Positions 53,740 through 63,630 of a DNA stretch of 64,000 bases are shown here, piece after piece. This DNA is from an uncultured Verrucomicrobiae bacterium (lineage in GTDB: Bacteria; Verrucomicrobiota; Verrucomicrobiia; Chthoniobacterales; Chthoniobacteraceae), in NCBI GenBank assembly GCA_963828525.1, contig CAWHEP010000011.1:64001-128000 (forward strand). The letters are read 5' to 3'. The first letter of the stretch is position 1. Each line of letters begins with the position of its first letter. The position numbers and the translations under genes were made by a program. A model generated the notes under the pieces. That model did not search any database. It saw only the letters and a list, made by a program, of their open reading frames with translations, and was not told the DNA's origin.

Positions 53740-54963
53740 CTAGGCTTCTTCCCTGCCATCCACCAGCATCCATTCCACCCAGCCCCAAAAGTGGATGATC
53801 TGGTCCAGCACCGTCGAAATCCCTCCGTTGAACGGCAGCGCAATCATGTCAGCAAAGGCGCCTGGTTTTAGAACGCCCAGGAGACCCTCCTGCTTTATGG
53901 CGCGGGCTGGATTCAGTGTCACTGTCTTCAAAAGCTCCCATGGTGAGAGCCATGTTTCATTCTTTTCCACAGCCTGCATCTCGGCGAAGAGGTTGAGCGA
54001 GTCGTTGCTCGCAAGGCTGTCTGTCCCAAGGCTCACAGGCAGGCCACGTTCGTGGAATTTCTGAAAAGCAAAAGGCGGATGATTGAAGTATTTGTGGCTG
54101 CGGGGGCAGTGAACAAAATGGATGGTTCCCGCCAATCCGGGCGCGGCCAGGAGATCGATGTCATCGTCGTCCAACCCGTTGGCGTGAGCAATGATCCAGC
54201 CTTGACCGATCAATTTGTTGACCAGCATGTTTCGAGTGGACGACCCATGCCCGCAATCGGTCATGTCGCGTCCGATCGAAGCCATAAAGTCATACAGCAG
54301 CCCCCTCCCGTGCCTGAACATTTCATTCTCCTCGTGTGATTCCGCCATGTGCGTTGTCAGAGGCATGCAGAGATCTTCTCCGCATGCATTCGCGAGGCGA
54401 TAAAGCTCCGGGGAAGCAGTGTAGGGCGAGTGAGGACTTAACCCGCGTCCACCCATCCAGCTTGCATCCTTTTCAAAAAACTTTAGGGCGCCCCCCACGA
54501 GTTCTTCGGTGGCGATGCAGTTCCTGATGTCGATTAACTCATAAAACCACCACGCCCGGATGGGTGGCGGCGGCATTGTCAGCATTAACTCCGGCACGGA
54601 TTCGACATTGAAAACGGTGGTAACTCCGGATTTCTTCAACTCCTCGAAACCGTTCGCAACAGCTCTCAGGTAGTCTTCTTCGTGGAGAGATCGCTTGATG
54701 GCGTTGATCCGGGCGATCCATTGGCTGAAACTTTGCTGCGGGTTGATCGCGCTGCGCATCATCGTGTAATCCAGGTGACAGTGCGCGTTGATAAGTCCCG
54801 GAAGGAGAACCTGTTCACCGAGGTCAATGACGGGTTCGTTTGATAGGTTCCGAATTTCGCTGAACGTTCCCGCCGCGCGAATGCGATTCCCCTCCACGAG
54901 GACAGCGCCGTTTTCGACCGGGGCGCCATCCATCGTGACGAGCGCCCGCGCCCGGTAAATCAT
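53740..54963 (-). CDS. Metal-dependent amidohydrolase (nucleoside deaminase-like)
   Basis: 'PGLINAHCHL', 'SPHSPYT', 'HMAES', 'LGTDSLAS'. Confidence 0.85.
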   Translation of the reverse strand: MIYRARALVTMDGAPVENGAVLVEGNRIRAAGTFSEIRNLSNEPVIDLGEQVLLPGLINAHCHLDYTMMRSAINPQQSFSQWIARINAIKRSLHEEDYLRAVANGFEELKKSGVTTVFNVESVPELMLTMPPPPIRAWWFYELIDIRNCIATEELVGGALKFFEKDASWMGGRGLSPHSPYTASPELYRLANACGEDLCMPLTTHMAESHEENEMFRHGRGLLYDFMASIGRDMTDCGHGSSTRNMLVNKLIGQGWIIAHANGLDDDDIDLLAAPGLAGTIHFVHCPRSHKYFNHPPFAFQKFHERGLPVSLGTDSLASNDSLNLFAEMQAVEKNETWLSPWELLKTVTLNPARAIKQEGLLGVLKPGAFADMIALPFNGGISTVLDQIIHFWGWVEWMLVDGREEA

Positions 54964-55613
54964 GGCGTGGCGCGCGCCTTTTTCACGACGCTCCGCGCAG
55001 CCGCTACGAAAAGGTTGCACGCTTCCGCGCAGAGGAGGGGAACGGCGCCTGCCACCCGAGGGGACGCGAGAAACTTCTCTCGCGGCAGAGTTGTGATGAA
55101 GGTGTCCTCGTCCAACCGCCACAGGATCGTCTTCAGACACCCACCCTGTGAACTGCAAAACTTTCCCGCCAGCGCGTCGGCCTGCTGGTTGGAAATACAT
55201 TTCACAATTTCGTACATGCCCGACTGCCGCTCCGCCGTTTGTCGAAAGCAAACCGGGAGCAATTTTCCGTGCTCATGCGCTTCCCACATTCCGATGGCTG
55301 CGGGATAGAAGAAATCCAGCGCGAGCCGGAGTTGTTTTATTCCTACGACGCGCAAAATCCAGCCATGCCGCAAATTCGGCGCGCTCTTTAGCGGGCGGTA
55401 TTTGCCGCCATCGTCATTTTTTCCTATCACCCTTGCGGCGACTGGCCCGGCAAACTTCTCCAGATTCACGCTCGCCGAATCCTGCCAGTGGAGCAGGTCG
55501 AACGATCCATCTTCGCTTCTGCGGATTTCCAACTCGCCAATCCTGGAGCACCCTGTCGCAACCCACTGCTCGAAGCTGCCGGAGGTCGGTGCCATCAAAG
55601 CTTCAGGCGGCAT
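54960..55613 (-). CDS. DR2241-family protein (probable 4Fe-4S C-terminus)
   Basis: 'GKYRPLKSAPNLRHGW', 'FFYP', 'RQSGMY', 'C....GCLK...CAEACN'. Confidence 0.75.
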   Translation of the reverse strand: MPPEALMAPTSGSFEQWVATGCSRIGELEIRRSEDGSFDLLHWQDSASVNLEKFAGPVAARVIGKNDDGGKYRPLKSAPNLRHGWILRVVGIKQLRLALDFFYPAAIGMWEAHEHGKLLPVCFRQTAERQSGMYEIVKCISNQQADALAGKFCSSQGGCLKTILWRLDEDTFITTLPREKFLASPRVAGAVPLLCAEACNLFVAAARSVVKKARATP

Positions 55614-56427
55614 GACGTGAAGCAGGGGCGTTCGCCGCGTCGAAGGCGACGACCTGGTCCAGGATGACATCCGCGAAGAGCGCTTCCGTGCCGATGGCGC
55701 TCGCATAGTAGAGTTGCCGCCCCTGCAACAAATAGGGATTACGGCGGAAAACATCCCGTTCGCTGGCCGCTCCACCGATCTCCGCTTCCATGCCCAGCAA
55801 CACAGGAATGTCCTGGTAGCTGTGAAGTCCATCGGCAACAAAAAAAGGAACGGCAATTACATGCGGTTGCGAGGTGAGTTTCGCCCAGTCCGCCACAAAA
55901 GGGGACTCTTCCATAAATGCGCCCACCACCTCCGCGTAGAGGTTGGCTGATTTGATGCGCTCCACCTGTTGCAAGACTGCCGCCGCTGAGTTGTCATTTA
56001 GATTCGTCCCGTGGCCTATTATCATCAAACTTGCCTCGCGAAGAGGAACAGCAGGCGCGACTTCGGCTGCTCGCTTTAGCAGAACCTCGGTCATCCTGAC
56101 GTGATTTCCGACCGGTTCGCAATATTTGATCTGGCGCCCGTCTCGGATTGTCATAGCGCCGGTAAGTTCCAGCTCCCGGGGAATCACCGTCCGCGTGAAG
56201 TAACCCTCGCTGATGAAGTTCGGCACTACATAAACCTCCTCACTCCGGGCCATGTAGAGCACCTGACGGAGGCTGGGCTCTTCCTTCCAGAAAGCGCAAT
56301 AGACCTCGGCGAAAACATCCCGATCCCGGATGGCGTCCGCATGCGTGAATGTAGGCGCGCTGGAATCGGGGTTCACCGTGGAGCCATGCCCAACAACGAT
56401 CAACGCGCTGCGAGGTTTGGAAATCAT
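55603..56427 (-). CDS. CbiX/SirB-like chelatase-fold protein (two domains)
   Basis: 'VGHGS', 'FWKEEP', 'GHGT', 'PFFVADGLHSYQDIP'. Confidence 0.85.
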   Translation of the reverse strand: MISKPRSALIVVGHGSTVNPDSSAPTFTHADAIRDRDVFAEVYCAFWKEEPSLRQVLYMARSEEVYVVPNFISEGYFTRTVIPRELELTGAMTIRDGRQIKYCEPVGNHVRMTEVLLKRAAEVAPAVPLREASLMIIGHGTNLNDNSAAAVLQQVERIKSANLYAEVVGAFMEESPFVADWAKLTSQPHVIAVPFFVADGLHSYQDIPVLLGMEAEIGGAASERDVFRRNPYLLQGRQLYYASAIGTEALFADVILDQVVAFDAANAPASRHAA

Positions 56428-56493
56428 CGCGGTAACTTAAAGACGATGCAAAAAGTAGCAAGCCGCGCGGAGGCAAAGAGCGCGCCACCTCCT

Positions 56494-57195
56494 TCAATTC
56501 TCTCTTAGAAACCGCAAAAGAAATTCTGTCAGATGCCGCCGCGCCAGTGTCACGTTTCCGACGAATTTTATGAAAGGAGCGACGCGACCGGGATGCGTCG
56601 CCAAATAGAACAGCAGACTGGCAACCCGTGGGCGTTGCCGAACAGGGTCGAACCATACGTGGTAAGGGGCAGCCAGCGTATCCCCAGCCGCGTCGCTGAC
56701 GGAGCGCACGGCCAGCAGTGGCACGCGCCGTTCGCCGAGAGCCTTGGAAATCGTCTCGGTTTCCATGTCAACGGCGGAGGCGCCTGTCTCCTCGCGGAGG
56801 GCCTCTTTTGCCTCCCGACATTCTACTACGGACGCCTGGCTGGTAAGCATACCCGCCGCGATCCCCGGCTGAGCCAGCCGCGCTTTTGCGCTCAGCCCAT
56901 CCTCTGAATAATTAGTTGCCAGGATTAGTTGACCCGCTTGGAGCCGCGGATCCAGTCCTCCGGCAAAACCCGCTGCTATTACGAATTCGAATTCCTCATT
57001 GAACAGGGCTGCGATGCGCGCTCCGCATGAGACCGGCCCGACGCCTGTATGGAACACGAGGACGCTTCTGCCTTCAAGGTTGCCGCGAGTGACGGGCAGC
57101 GCGCCTCGTTCCAGGTGTTCGACGCCTTGGAGGCGGCGAACGAAGTCCTTGCTCTCCTCTGGAAGAGCAAAGGTGATGGCCACCTTGGATTTCAT
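56494..57195 (-). CDS. Nucleoside phosphorylase/nucleosidase (PNP_UDP_1; MTAN/HpnG-like)
   Basis: 'FALPEE', 'TGVG', 'AGFAGGL', 'AVDME', 'VRSVSD'. Confidence 0.85.
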   Translation of the reverse strand: MKSKVAITFALPEESKDFVRRLQGVEHLERGALPVTRGNLEGRSVLVFHTGVGPVSCGARIAALFNEEFEFVIAAGFAGGLDPRLQAGQLILATNYSEDGLSAKARLAQPGIAAGMLTSQASVVECREAKEALREETGASAVDMETETISKALGERRVPLLAVRSVSDAAGDTLAAPYHVWFDPVRQRPRVASLLFYLATHPGRVAPFIKFVGNVTLARRHLTEFLLRFLREN

Positions 57196-57614
57196 CGAAT
57201 GCTCGCGCTGCCGGACAGAATGATGTCGATCAACTCCGTCGCGTCGCCCGGCGTTGCTTCAGAACCTCCTGTGCTGCCGCCAGTCAAAGCACTGCGGAAA
57301 GCGGCGGCACGACTCGAAGGAATGCTCGCGAGGACCTCGGCGCCGCCGCTGGCGTCTTTGCTTCTGAATGCCGTTCCCCCAGCGTCCGCGGCCATCTTTA
57401 TGATTCTGGCAGCCTGGCTGTCCATCTCCGCGACTGGGCAATTCACACGAATCTTTCCGCTGGTCAGGTCGGGGGCGGGCATCGATTCGCTGGCGGATTT
57501 TTCAAGGACCCCGCGCAGCGCCCCAATGTTCGCAACCGCCTTGGGTCGGGGCCAGAACATGACGATGAGAAGGCCAAAGCACGCCAGGACCGCCAATGTT
57601 GCTATCGTTTTCAT
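57192..57614 (-). CDS. Membrane-anchored hypothetical protein
   Basis: N-terminal TM; stop overlaps the next start. Confidence 0.6.
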   Translation of the reverse strand: MKTIATLAVLACFGLLIVMFWPRPKAVANIGALRGVLEKSASESMPAPDLTSGKIRVNCPVAEMDSQAARIIKMAADAGGTAFRSKDASGGAEVLASIPSSRAAAFRSALTGGSTGGSEATPGDATELIDIILSGSASIR

Positions 57615-57707
57615 CGCAGATGCGTGTTTACGACTGAATTGCCGGTTAGCCAACAGTTTGCATCATCCTTCTTTTCAAATGGACACACTGCAACGAAACT
57701 CTGCGAC

Positions 57708-58358
57708 GTGAAAACGAAAGAAAGAGCCGCGGCGTTGATCACAGCCTTTCGGCAGGTTTATCCAGACGCGCGTTGTGAACTCAATTTCATCAACCCGTTC
57801 CAGCTTCTCATTGCTACGATCCTCTCCGCCCAATGCACGGACAAGAGGGTGAACCTCGTCACACCCGGTCTATTTCAGAAGTATCCGGGACCCAGCGAGA
57901 TGGCGTTGGCAAGCCAGGAGTCTCTGGAGGAGACGATTCGCTCAACCGGTTTTTTCCGAAATAAAGCCAGGAGTCTCCGAGCAGCGTCCGCCGATATCGT
58001 TCAGAAGCATGGGGGAGAAGTTCCCGCGACCATGGCTGAACTTATTGGCCTGGCAGGAGTGGGCCGCAAGACTGCGAACGTCGTGCTCGGCAACGCGTTC
58101 AACCGCGAGGAGGGAGTCGTCGTGGATACACACGTCGCGCGGCTCTCTTTTCGGCTTGGCCTTACAAAGGAAAGCGATCCGGAAAAGATAGAAGAGAAAT
58201 TGATGAAGCTCGTTCCCAGAACAGACTGGACAAACTTTAGCCACTGGCTGATCTGGCACGGGCGCCGCCGCTGTTACGCCCGCAGCCCGGACTGTGGCGG
58301 ATGTGAAGTCCAAAGCCTTTGTCCCACGGCGTTCAGGTGGGGAACAAAGAAGTCGTAG
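57708..58358 (+). CDS. nth: Endonuclease III
   Basis: 'LSAQCTD', HhH 'GVGRKTANVV', 'VDTHV', C-x6-C-x2-C-x5-C. Confidence 0.95.
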   Translation: MKTKERAAALITAFRQVYPDARCELNFINPFQLLIATILSAQCTDKRVNLVTPGLFQKYPGPSEMALASQESLEETIRSTGFFRNKARSLRAASADIVQKHGGEVPATMAELIGLAGVGRKTANVVLGNAFNREEGVVVDTHVARLSFRLGLTKESDPEKIEEKLMKLVPRTDWTNFSHWLIWHGRRRCYARSPDCGGCEVQSLCPTAFRWGTKKS

Positions 58359-58380
58359 TGTTGCGAACTTCCCCAGGAAT

Positions 58381-59028
58381 CTAGTCCCAGATCAAGAGTT
58401 GAACCGGGGTGGGATTGTAGGCGTTGCAGGGATTGTTCAATTGCGGGCAGTTGGAGATCAGCGCGACAACATCCATTTCGGCGCGCATCTCAACGTAACG
58501 TCCGCCTGCGCTGACGCCGTCTTCAAACGAGAGCCCTCCATCCGCGGTGACGGGCACGTTCATGAAGAAGTTGATGTTATGCGTAATGTCGCACTTCGTA
58601 ACGCCGCGCCCCCAGCGCGAGATGGTGATAAGGAAAGTGTCCCGGCAACTATGCATCCAACGTTTGTCCAATGAGTAACGGACCTGATTGCTTTCCGCGG
58701 CGCACGCGCCACCCAGCGTATCGTGGCGTCCGCACGTGTCTGCGACGATTGTCAGCAAAACATTTCCTTCGCTGGAGATAAGCTTGGAGCCGGTCGTGAG
58801 ATAAATCCCTTGCTGATTGCAAATAGTATCCTGGGCGCTGTACCGGTCGAGAAAATCGTGCGCGTTATAAAACAGCGTGTCGACGGCTTGATTTCCCTCG
58901 AGGTCCACGATCCGGAAGATCTGCCCGGCTCTGATCTCGTGCATCCAACCCTCGCCTGCCGGCAATGTATGATTGTAAGCAGCAGTCGACGGACTCAGCC
59001 CGCTCTCGGTGTAGATGAGAGTGCTCAT
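58381..59028 (-). CDS. cgdB: Urea carboxylase-associated protein 2 (carboxyguanidine deiminase subunit B, DUF1989)
   Basis: '[13 protein letters not shown]', '[17 protein letters not shown]'. Confidence 0.88.
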   Translation of the reverse strand: MSTLIYTESGLSPSTAAYNHTLPAGEGWMHEIRAGQIFRIVDLEGNQAVDTLFYNAHDFLDRYSAQDTICNQQGIYLTTGSKLISSEGNVLLTIVADTCGRHDTLGGACAAESNQVRYSLDKRWMHSCRDTFLITISRWGRGVTKCDITHNINFFMNVPVTADGGLSFEDGVSAGGRYVEMRAEMDVVALISNCPQLNNPCNAYNPTPVQLLIWD

Positions 59029-59034
59029 AAAAAA

Positions 59035-59768
59035 TCAGGCGGCGCCCGCGTAAAGGCGCTCGGAAAGGGCGAAAGCGCTTCCGTTTTCCGCGCGGAAAGT
59101 CCGGCAGAAATCATCCGGGGCGGGAGGCGGCGTTTTAAGAACCGTGAGCAAGACCGGCTTCGGGGAGTAGATGGGTGCGGGGTCGAGCGGGTGTTGGCAG
59201 GTATTCAGGACGACCAGGACATTTATTTCCGCCCGCAGTTCCACCGACGCGCCAGGCTGAGAATTTCCCGGGTGGAAAGCCAATCTTTCCGTTCTTCGTC
59301 GACATCGATCCGGCTGAAGAAGTTAACATTCGCCACGATGTCGCGTTTCCCGAGACCGTGTTTTCCGAGTTCGATGAGAAAGTTGTCATGAGCGTTTCTG
59401 AACCACTCATTTCTCTACGCCTGATACGAACCTACTCCGTATTTTCGCCGCACCATCGCGGCGATTTCCGTGGCCACCGAGTGGGTCATGCCAGCCGACG
59501 CTGTCCGCCGTAATTACGGAAAACAAAGCGCGTGGCCCATGTCACTCATGAGCACATGTCCGCGGGTGAGCATGGCGGTGTGCAAAGCTTTGAGAGTGTC
59601 CGGAAGGTTCAGGCGTTCAAGAGGGGCGTCCGCATTGTAGGCCATCAAACCCACATTAGTCCCACCCTCCGCGTCAATCAGCCGCAGCACCGAATGGCGT
59701 CGAAGAATCCAAGACCACATGCCGCCGCCGGGGACATCTTCTTCGAAAAGGAGCTTCTCGCTGCTCAT
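59035..59768 (-). CDS. cgdA: Urea carboxylase-associated protein 1 (carboxyguanidine deiminase subunit A; apparent frameshifts near 59515 and 59285)
   Basis: 'ERLNLPDTLKALHTA', 'SDMG', 'TCQHPLDP'. Confidence 0.82.
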
Positions 59769-62700
59769 GGGCCGCAATTTAGCGTCAGGATCGGCTGCCC
59801 TGCAATGACAGGATTGCCTGGCGTCAGGATGAGTTCAGTGACGATGCCATCCACGGCGGCTTCCACGCTGACCTCCATCTTCATGGCTTCGATGACTGCG
59901 ACCTTCTGGCCTTTCGTGACCCTGTCGCCCACCCGCGCGGAAATTTGCCAGATGCTCCCGGTGATTGGCGACGATACAAACGCGCAGCCTTCCGGCAAGA
60001 CACGTTCTTCCGTCTCCACTTCTCCTTCCGCTTCCGCCGGCATGTTCATAGAGCCGTCTCTCGCCCAGCGATCACGCTCCTCTCCGAACGCGATCTTCTG
60101 GCGGTCTCTAAATTCGGCGATACTCCGCGCGTTTTCATTGAGGAACAACCGGTGCTCGCGCGCGGTGAAACTCCCTTCCTCAATCCGTAATTCCACCCGC
60201 CCCTTGCGAAAATCCTCTCTGAAGTCCAGGAGCTCGTCCTCTTCCATGGGATAAAATCGAACCTGATCGAAGAAGCGCAGCAGCCAGGGGTGCCCGGCCG
60301 TAAACTCCCGAGTTGTTTTGTAGATGTTCCAGACTGGCACGGTACGCCCGACGAGCTGGTAGCCGCCCGGTCCTTCCATGCCATAGATGCACATATAGAC
60401 TCCACCGATTCCGACCACATTTTCCACCGTCCACGTGCGGGCCGGATTGTATTTAGTAGTCACCAGCCGGTGCCGGGGATCGATCGGAACCGCGCATGGC
60501 GCTCCCAGATAGACATCGCCCAAGCCAAGCACCAAATAGCTGGCCTCAAAGACCGTGCGGCGCACTTGCTCCGCGCTGTCGAGCCCATTCATGCGGCGGA
60601 TGAACTCAATGTTACTTGGCAACCAGGGCGCCGAGGCCCGCACCGATTGTTCGTACTTGGAGATCGTCTGCCGAATCGCGATGTCGTCGTAAGACAACGG
60701 CAGATTTATGATCCGAGTGGGGACAGAAAGTTCATCGTTGGACGGAAGGTGGGTCTCGGCTTCGACCAATCTGTCCAGTAGATCGCTGAGCGAAATCGCG
60801 CGACTGTCGAAATTGATCTGTAAAGAGCGGACGCCTGGAGATAGCTCAATCACCCCTTCGACAGGATGGGCCCGCAGCCATTCCATAAGCGCGTGGACGC
60901 GAAAACGCAGCTCCAGATCAAGCTCAAGCGGCCCGTATTCAAGCAGGATATATTTGTCGCCCGCCTGTCTGTAAACGACTCCCGGACAGACTTCAGATGC
61001 CGCGATCCTGCGCAACACCGCCCCATCTGCCGTGCCTGGATTTGTCGCCAGATCGATGTTTGCGGGTTGAACGCGGAGGGTGGCTATGGCTGCATCCTGC
61101 CGCTTTTCCGCAGCCAGTGCCTCGCTGAATGTGCAACGAGCGAAATGAACGCTATCGCCTGGTCTCAGCTGCCCAATCTTCCATAGCTCGGCCTTGATGA
61201 TGGTAAATGGGCAGACAAAGCCTCCAAGGCTTGGGCCATCTTTGCCGAGAATGATCGGCATGTCTCCAGTGAAGCAGATGGTGCCGATGGCGTATTCAGT
61301 GTCGTGAATATTGGAAGGGTGCAGGCCTGCTTCACCGCCATCCTTGCGGGAAAAGACCGGGGAGGGCCCAATGAGCCTTATACCCGTGCGGCTTGAGTTG
61401 TAATGAACCTTCCAATCCACGGCGAGGAATGTCTGGATGAACTCTTCTGTAAAGAATTCGGGCGCCGCGTGCGGTCCCAAGAGCACGGCAATTTCCCATC
61501 TGGCTCCATATTCCGGGATCAGCCCGGCAGGTATTTCGCGAGCAGACGCCGGCGGCGCGACCTTGTCCTTCAAGTGAAGAACATCGCCATGGCGCAGGGT
61601 TCTTCCGGCATGGCCGCCGAACTTTCCCAAGGCAAATGTCGACTTGCTGCGAAGATAATCCGGCACGTCAAAGCCGCCGTGAACCGCCAGGTAAGCCCGG
61701 CAGCCGCCACTCTTCGCGGCCCGTATTGCAAGAATGCTATTCGCGCGGACTGGAATGTTCTTCCATAACGGAACCGGCGCTCCGTCGATCTCCGCCTGGA
61801 TCGGAGCTCCAGTCAGCGCGATACTCGTGTCGAGGTTGAACTTGAGCGTCGGACCGCCCAGGGTGATTTCCAATGCCGCCGCGGAGGATTCATTTCCTAG
61901 AACCGCGTTGGCCAGGCGGAACGCGTAATCATCCATCGGCCCGGAAGGGGGCACTCCCACTGACCAATACCCGACTCGGCCCGGGTAATCCTGTACGCTT
62001 GTTTGGGTGCCAGGCTCAAGCACATCGATAGTTAGAGATTGATAGGGGAAAGTATTAAGCCACTTTGTATGCACATCCCCGGCCTCGAACTCTTTGCTGG
62101 CCAGTATTTGCCGCAAGTATTCCAGGTTGCATTCAATCCCTGCGATCCGGGTTTCGGCGAGCGCGCTACGCAGCGAAGCCAGCGCAAGCTCCCGCGTGTC
62201 CGCTTTCACAATGATCTTCGCGATCATGGGATCATAGAATGGTGAAATTTCGCTCCCGGTTTCGACCCAAGTCTCTATGCGAGCGTTTTTGGGGAAGACA
62301 ACCTGTGTGAGCAAGCCGGAGCTTGGCTGAAGATTTTTGTTCGCGTCTTCCGCGTACAACCGCGCCTGGATCGACGCCCCACTCGAAGCGGGGACGTAGC
62401 CGGAAAGATCCAGTTCGCCGGCAGCCTGCAGCACCATCCATTCGACAAGATCCACGCCTGTGACTTCCTCGGTGACGCCATGTTCCACCTGCAAGCGCGT
62501 GTTCACCTCGAGGAAGTAGAATTTATGTTCCGACGCGTCGAATAGGAATTCGACTGTGCCTGCCGACTGGTAGTCTGCAGCCCGCGCGAGTCGCACCGAC
62601 GATTCGAGCAGCGCGGCGCGCGTCTCATCCCGCAGACCGTATGCGGGCGTCTCTTCCACCACCTTTTGGTTTCGCCTCTGGGCGGAGCAGTCGCGTTCGC

Positions 62701-63370
62701 CGAGCGCGACCACGTTCCCCCTGCCATCCCCGAAAATCTGCACTTCGATATGCCTTGCCGTTTCGACGAACTTCTCAAGAAAGACTCCCGCTTCCTTGAA
62801 AGCGGTCGCAGCCATGTGCTTTACGGAGTCGAAACCTCCCTCCAACTCTGCTTCGGTATGACAGACACGCATGCCGATCCCTCCGCCCCCGGCTGTGCTC
62901 TTTAGCATGACAGGGTAGCCAATGCGGTTTGCCTCGGTTCTCGCAGCCTGCAGGCTGTCCAGCAACTCGCTTCCTGGCAGCATCGGAATGCCGCTGTCCT
63001 GTGCCAGCGCGCGCGCCGTGTGCTTCAGGCCGAAATTGCGCATCTGCTCCGGTGTCGGGCCAATGAAGATAATCCCGCGAGATTTGCAGGCCTCCGCAAA
63101 TTCGGCATTCTCGCTTAGAAAACCGTATCCCGGGTGGATTGCCTCCGCTCCTGTCTCCGCTGCGGCGGAGAAGATTTTCTCAAAACTCAGGTAGCTTTCA
63201 ACCGCAGGTCCCTCGCCGATGCAAACAGCTCTGTCTGCCTGCATCACGTGCAGGGAACCAGAATCCGCTTTGGAATAGACCGCTACAGACTCAACGCGCA
63301 GCTTGCGGAGAGTTCGGATGACGCGGCATGCGATGGCGCCACGGTTGGCAATGAGAACTCTGGTGAACAT
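59765..63370 (-). CDS. uca: Urea/guanidine carboxylase (biotin carboxylase + carboxyltransferase + BCCP)
   Basis: 'LIANRGAIA', 'GGGGIGM', 'HPSNIHD', 'DGPSLGG', 'KYNPART', biotin motif 'EAMKME'. Confidence 0.95.
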   Translation of the reverse strand: MFTRVLIANRGAIACRVIRTLRKLRVESVAVYSKADSGSLHVMQADRAVCIGEGPAVESYLSFEKIFSAAAETGAEAIHPGYGFLSENAEFAEACKSRGIIFIGPTPEQMRNFGLKHTARALAQDSGIPMLPGSELLDSLQAARTEANRIGYPVMLKSTAGGGGIGMRVCHTEAELEGGFDSVKHMAATAFKEAGVFLEKFVETARHIEVQIFGDGRGNVVALGERDCSAQRRNQKVVEETPAYGLRDETRAALLESSVRLARAADYQSAGTVEFLFDASEHKFYFLEVNTRLQVEHGVTEEVTGVDLVEWMVLQAAGELDLSGYVPASSGASIQARLYAEDANKNLQPSSGLLTQVVFPKNARIETWVETGSEISPFYDPMIAKIIVKADTRELALASLRSALAETRIAGIECNLEYLRQILASKEFEAGDVHTKWLNTFPYQSLTIDVLEPGTQTSVQDYPGRVGYWSVGVPPSGPMDDYAFRLANAVLGNESSAAALEITLGGPTLKFNLDTSIALTGAPIQAEIDGAPVPLWKNIPVRANSILAIRAAKSGGCRAYLAVHGGFDVPDYLRSKSTFALGKFGGHAGRTLRHGDVLHLKDKVAPPASAREIPAGLIPEYGARWEIAVLLGPHAAPEFFTEEFIQTFLAVDWKVHYNSSRTGIRLIGPSPVFSRKDGGEAGLHPSNIHDTEYAIGTICFTGDMPIILGKDGPSLGGFVCPFTIIKAELWKIGQLRPGDSVHFARCTFSEALAAEKRQDAAIATLRVQPANIDLATNPGTADGAVLRRIAASEVCPGVVYRQAGDKYILLEYGPLELDLELRFRVHALMEWLRAHPVEGVIELSPGVRSLQINFDSRAISLSDLLDRLVEAETHLPSNDELSVPTRIINLPLSYDDIAIRQTISKYEQSVRASAPWLPSNIEFIRRMNGLDSAEQVRRTVFEASYLVLGLGDVYLGAPCAVPIDPRHRLVTTKYNPARTWTVENVVGIGGVYMCIYGMEGPGGYQLVGRTVPVWNIYKTTREFTAGHPWLLRFFDQVRFYPMEEDELLDFREDFRKGRVELRIEEGSFTAREHRLFLNENARSIAEFRDRQKIAFGEERDRWARDGSMNMPAEAEGEVETEERVLPEGCAFVSSPITGSIWQISARVGDRVTKGQKVAVIEAMKMEVSVEAAVDGIVTELILTPGNPVIAGQPILTLNCGP

Positions 63371-63408
63371 GATCCCTTGAAAAGCCCTGACCGCGCATTC
63401 TTAATTTC

Positions 63409-63473
63409 GATTGCGCCGTTAGTCCAACGATTTGATTGCCGTCCGCGCCCGGCATCACGCCAGCGGCGCAATC
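63409..63473 (-). promoter_or_regulatory. Long irregular hairpin in the uca upstream region
   Basis: Arms GATTGCGCCG / CGGCGCAATC (10 perfect bp) enclosing an inner TGCCG/CGGCA stem. Confidence 0.5.
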
Positions 63474-63630
63474 AAGGCTTGATCGCCACGATCTTTCCCC
63501 CGCGGGAAATATAGATCGGTGTGCCATGCATCCGGGCGACCTTGCGAGCTTCCAATGCCGACATTTTGAGGGCGCGTCCCACTCCGGCGGCGAAAGCCCT
63601 CATTTTTTTCTTTCGTTCTGTCGGATTCAT
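63472..63630 (-). CDS. Unannotated 52-aa basic partner of the zeta-like ATPase
   Basis: MNPTERKKKMRAFAAGVGRALKMSALEARKVARMHGTPIYISRGGKIVAIKP; ATGA-coupled to the ATPase stop. Confidence 0.7.
   Translation of the reverse strand: MNPTERKKKMRAFAAGVGRALKMSALEARKVARMHGTPIYISRGGKIVAIKP

Noticed and set aside
63510..63526. TGGCAC on the minus strand as a sigma-54 promoter for uca
   Set aside because: No GC at -12, and it lies inside the 52-aa ORF
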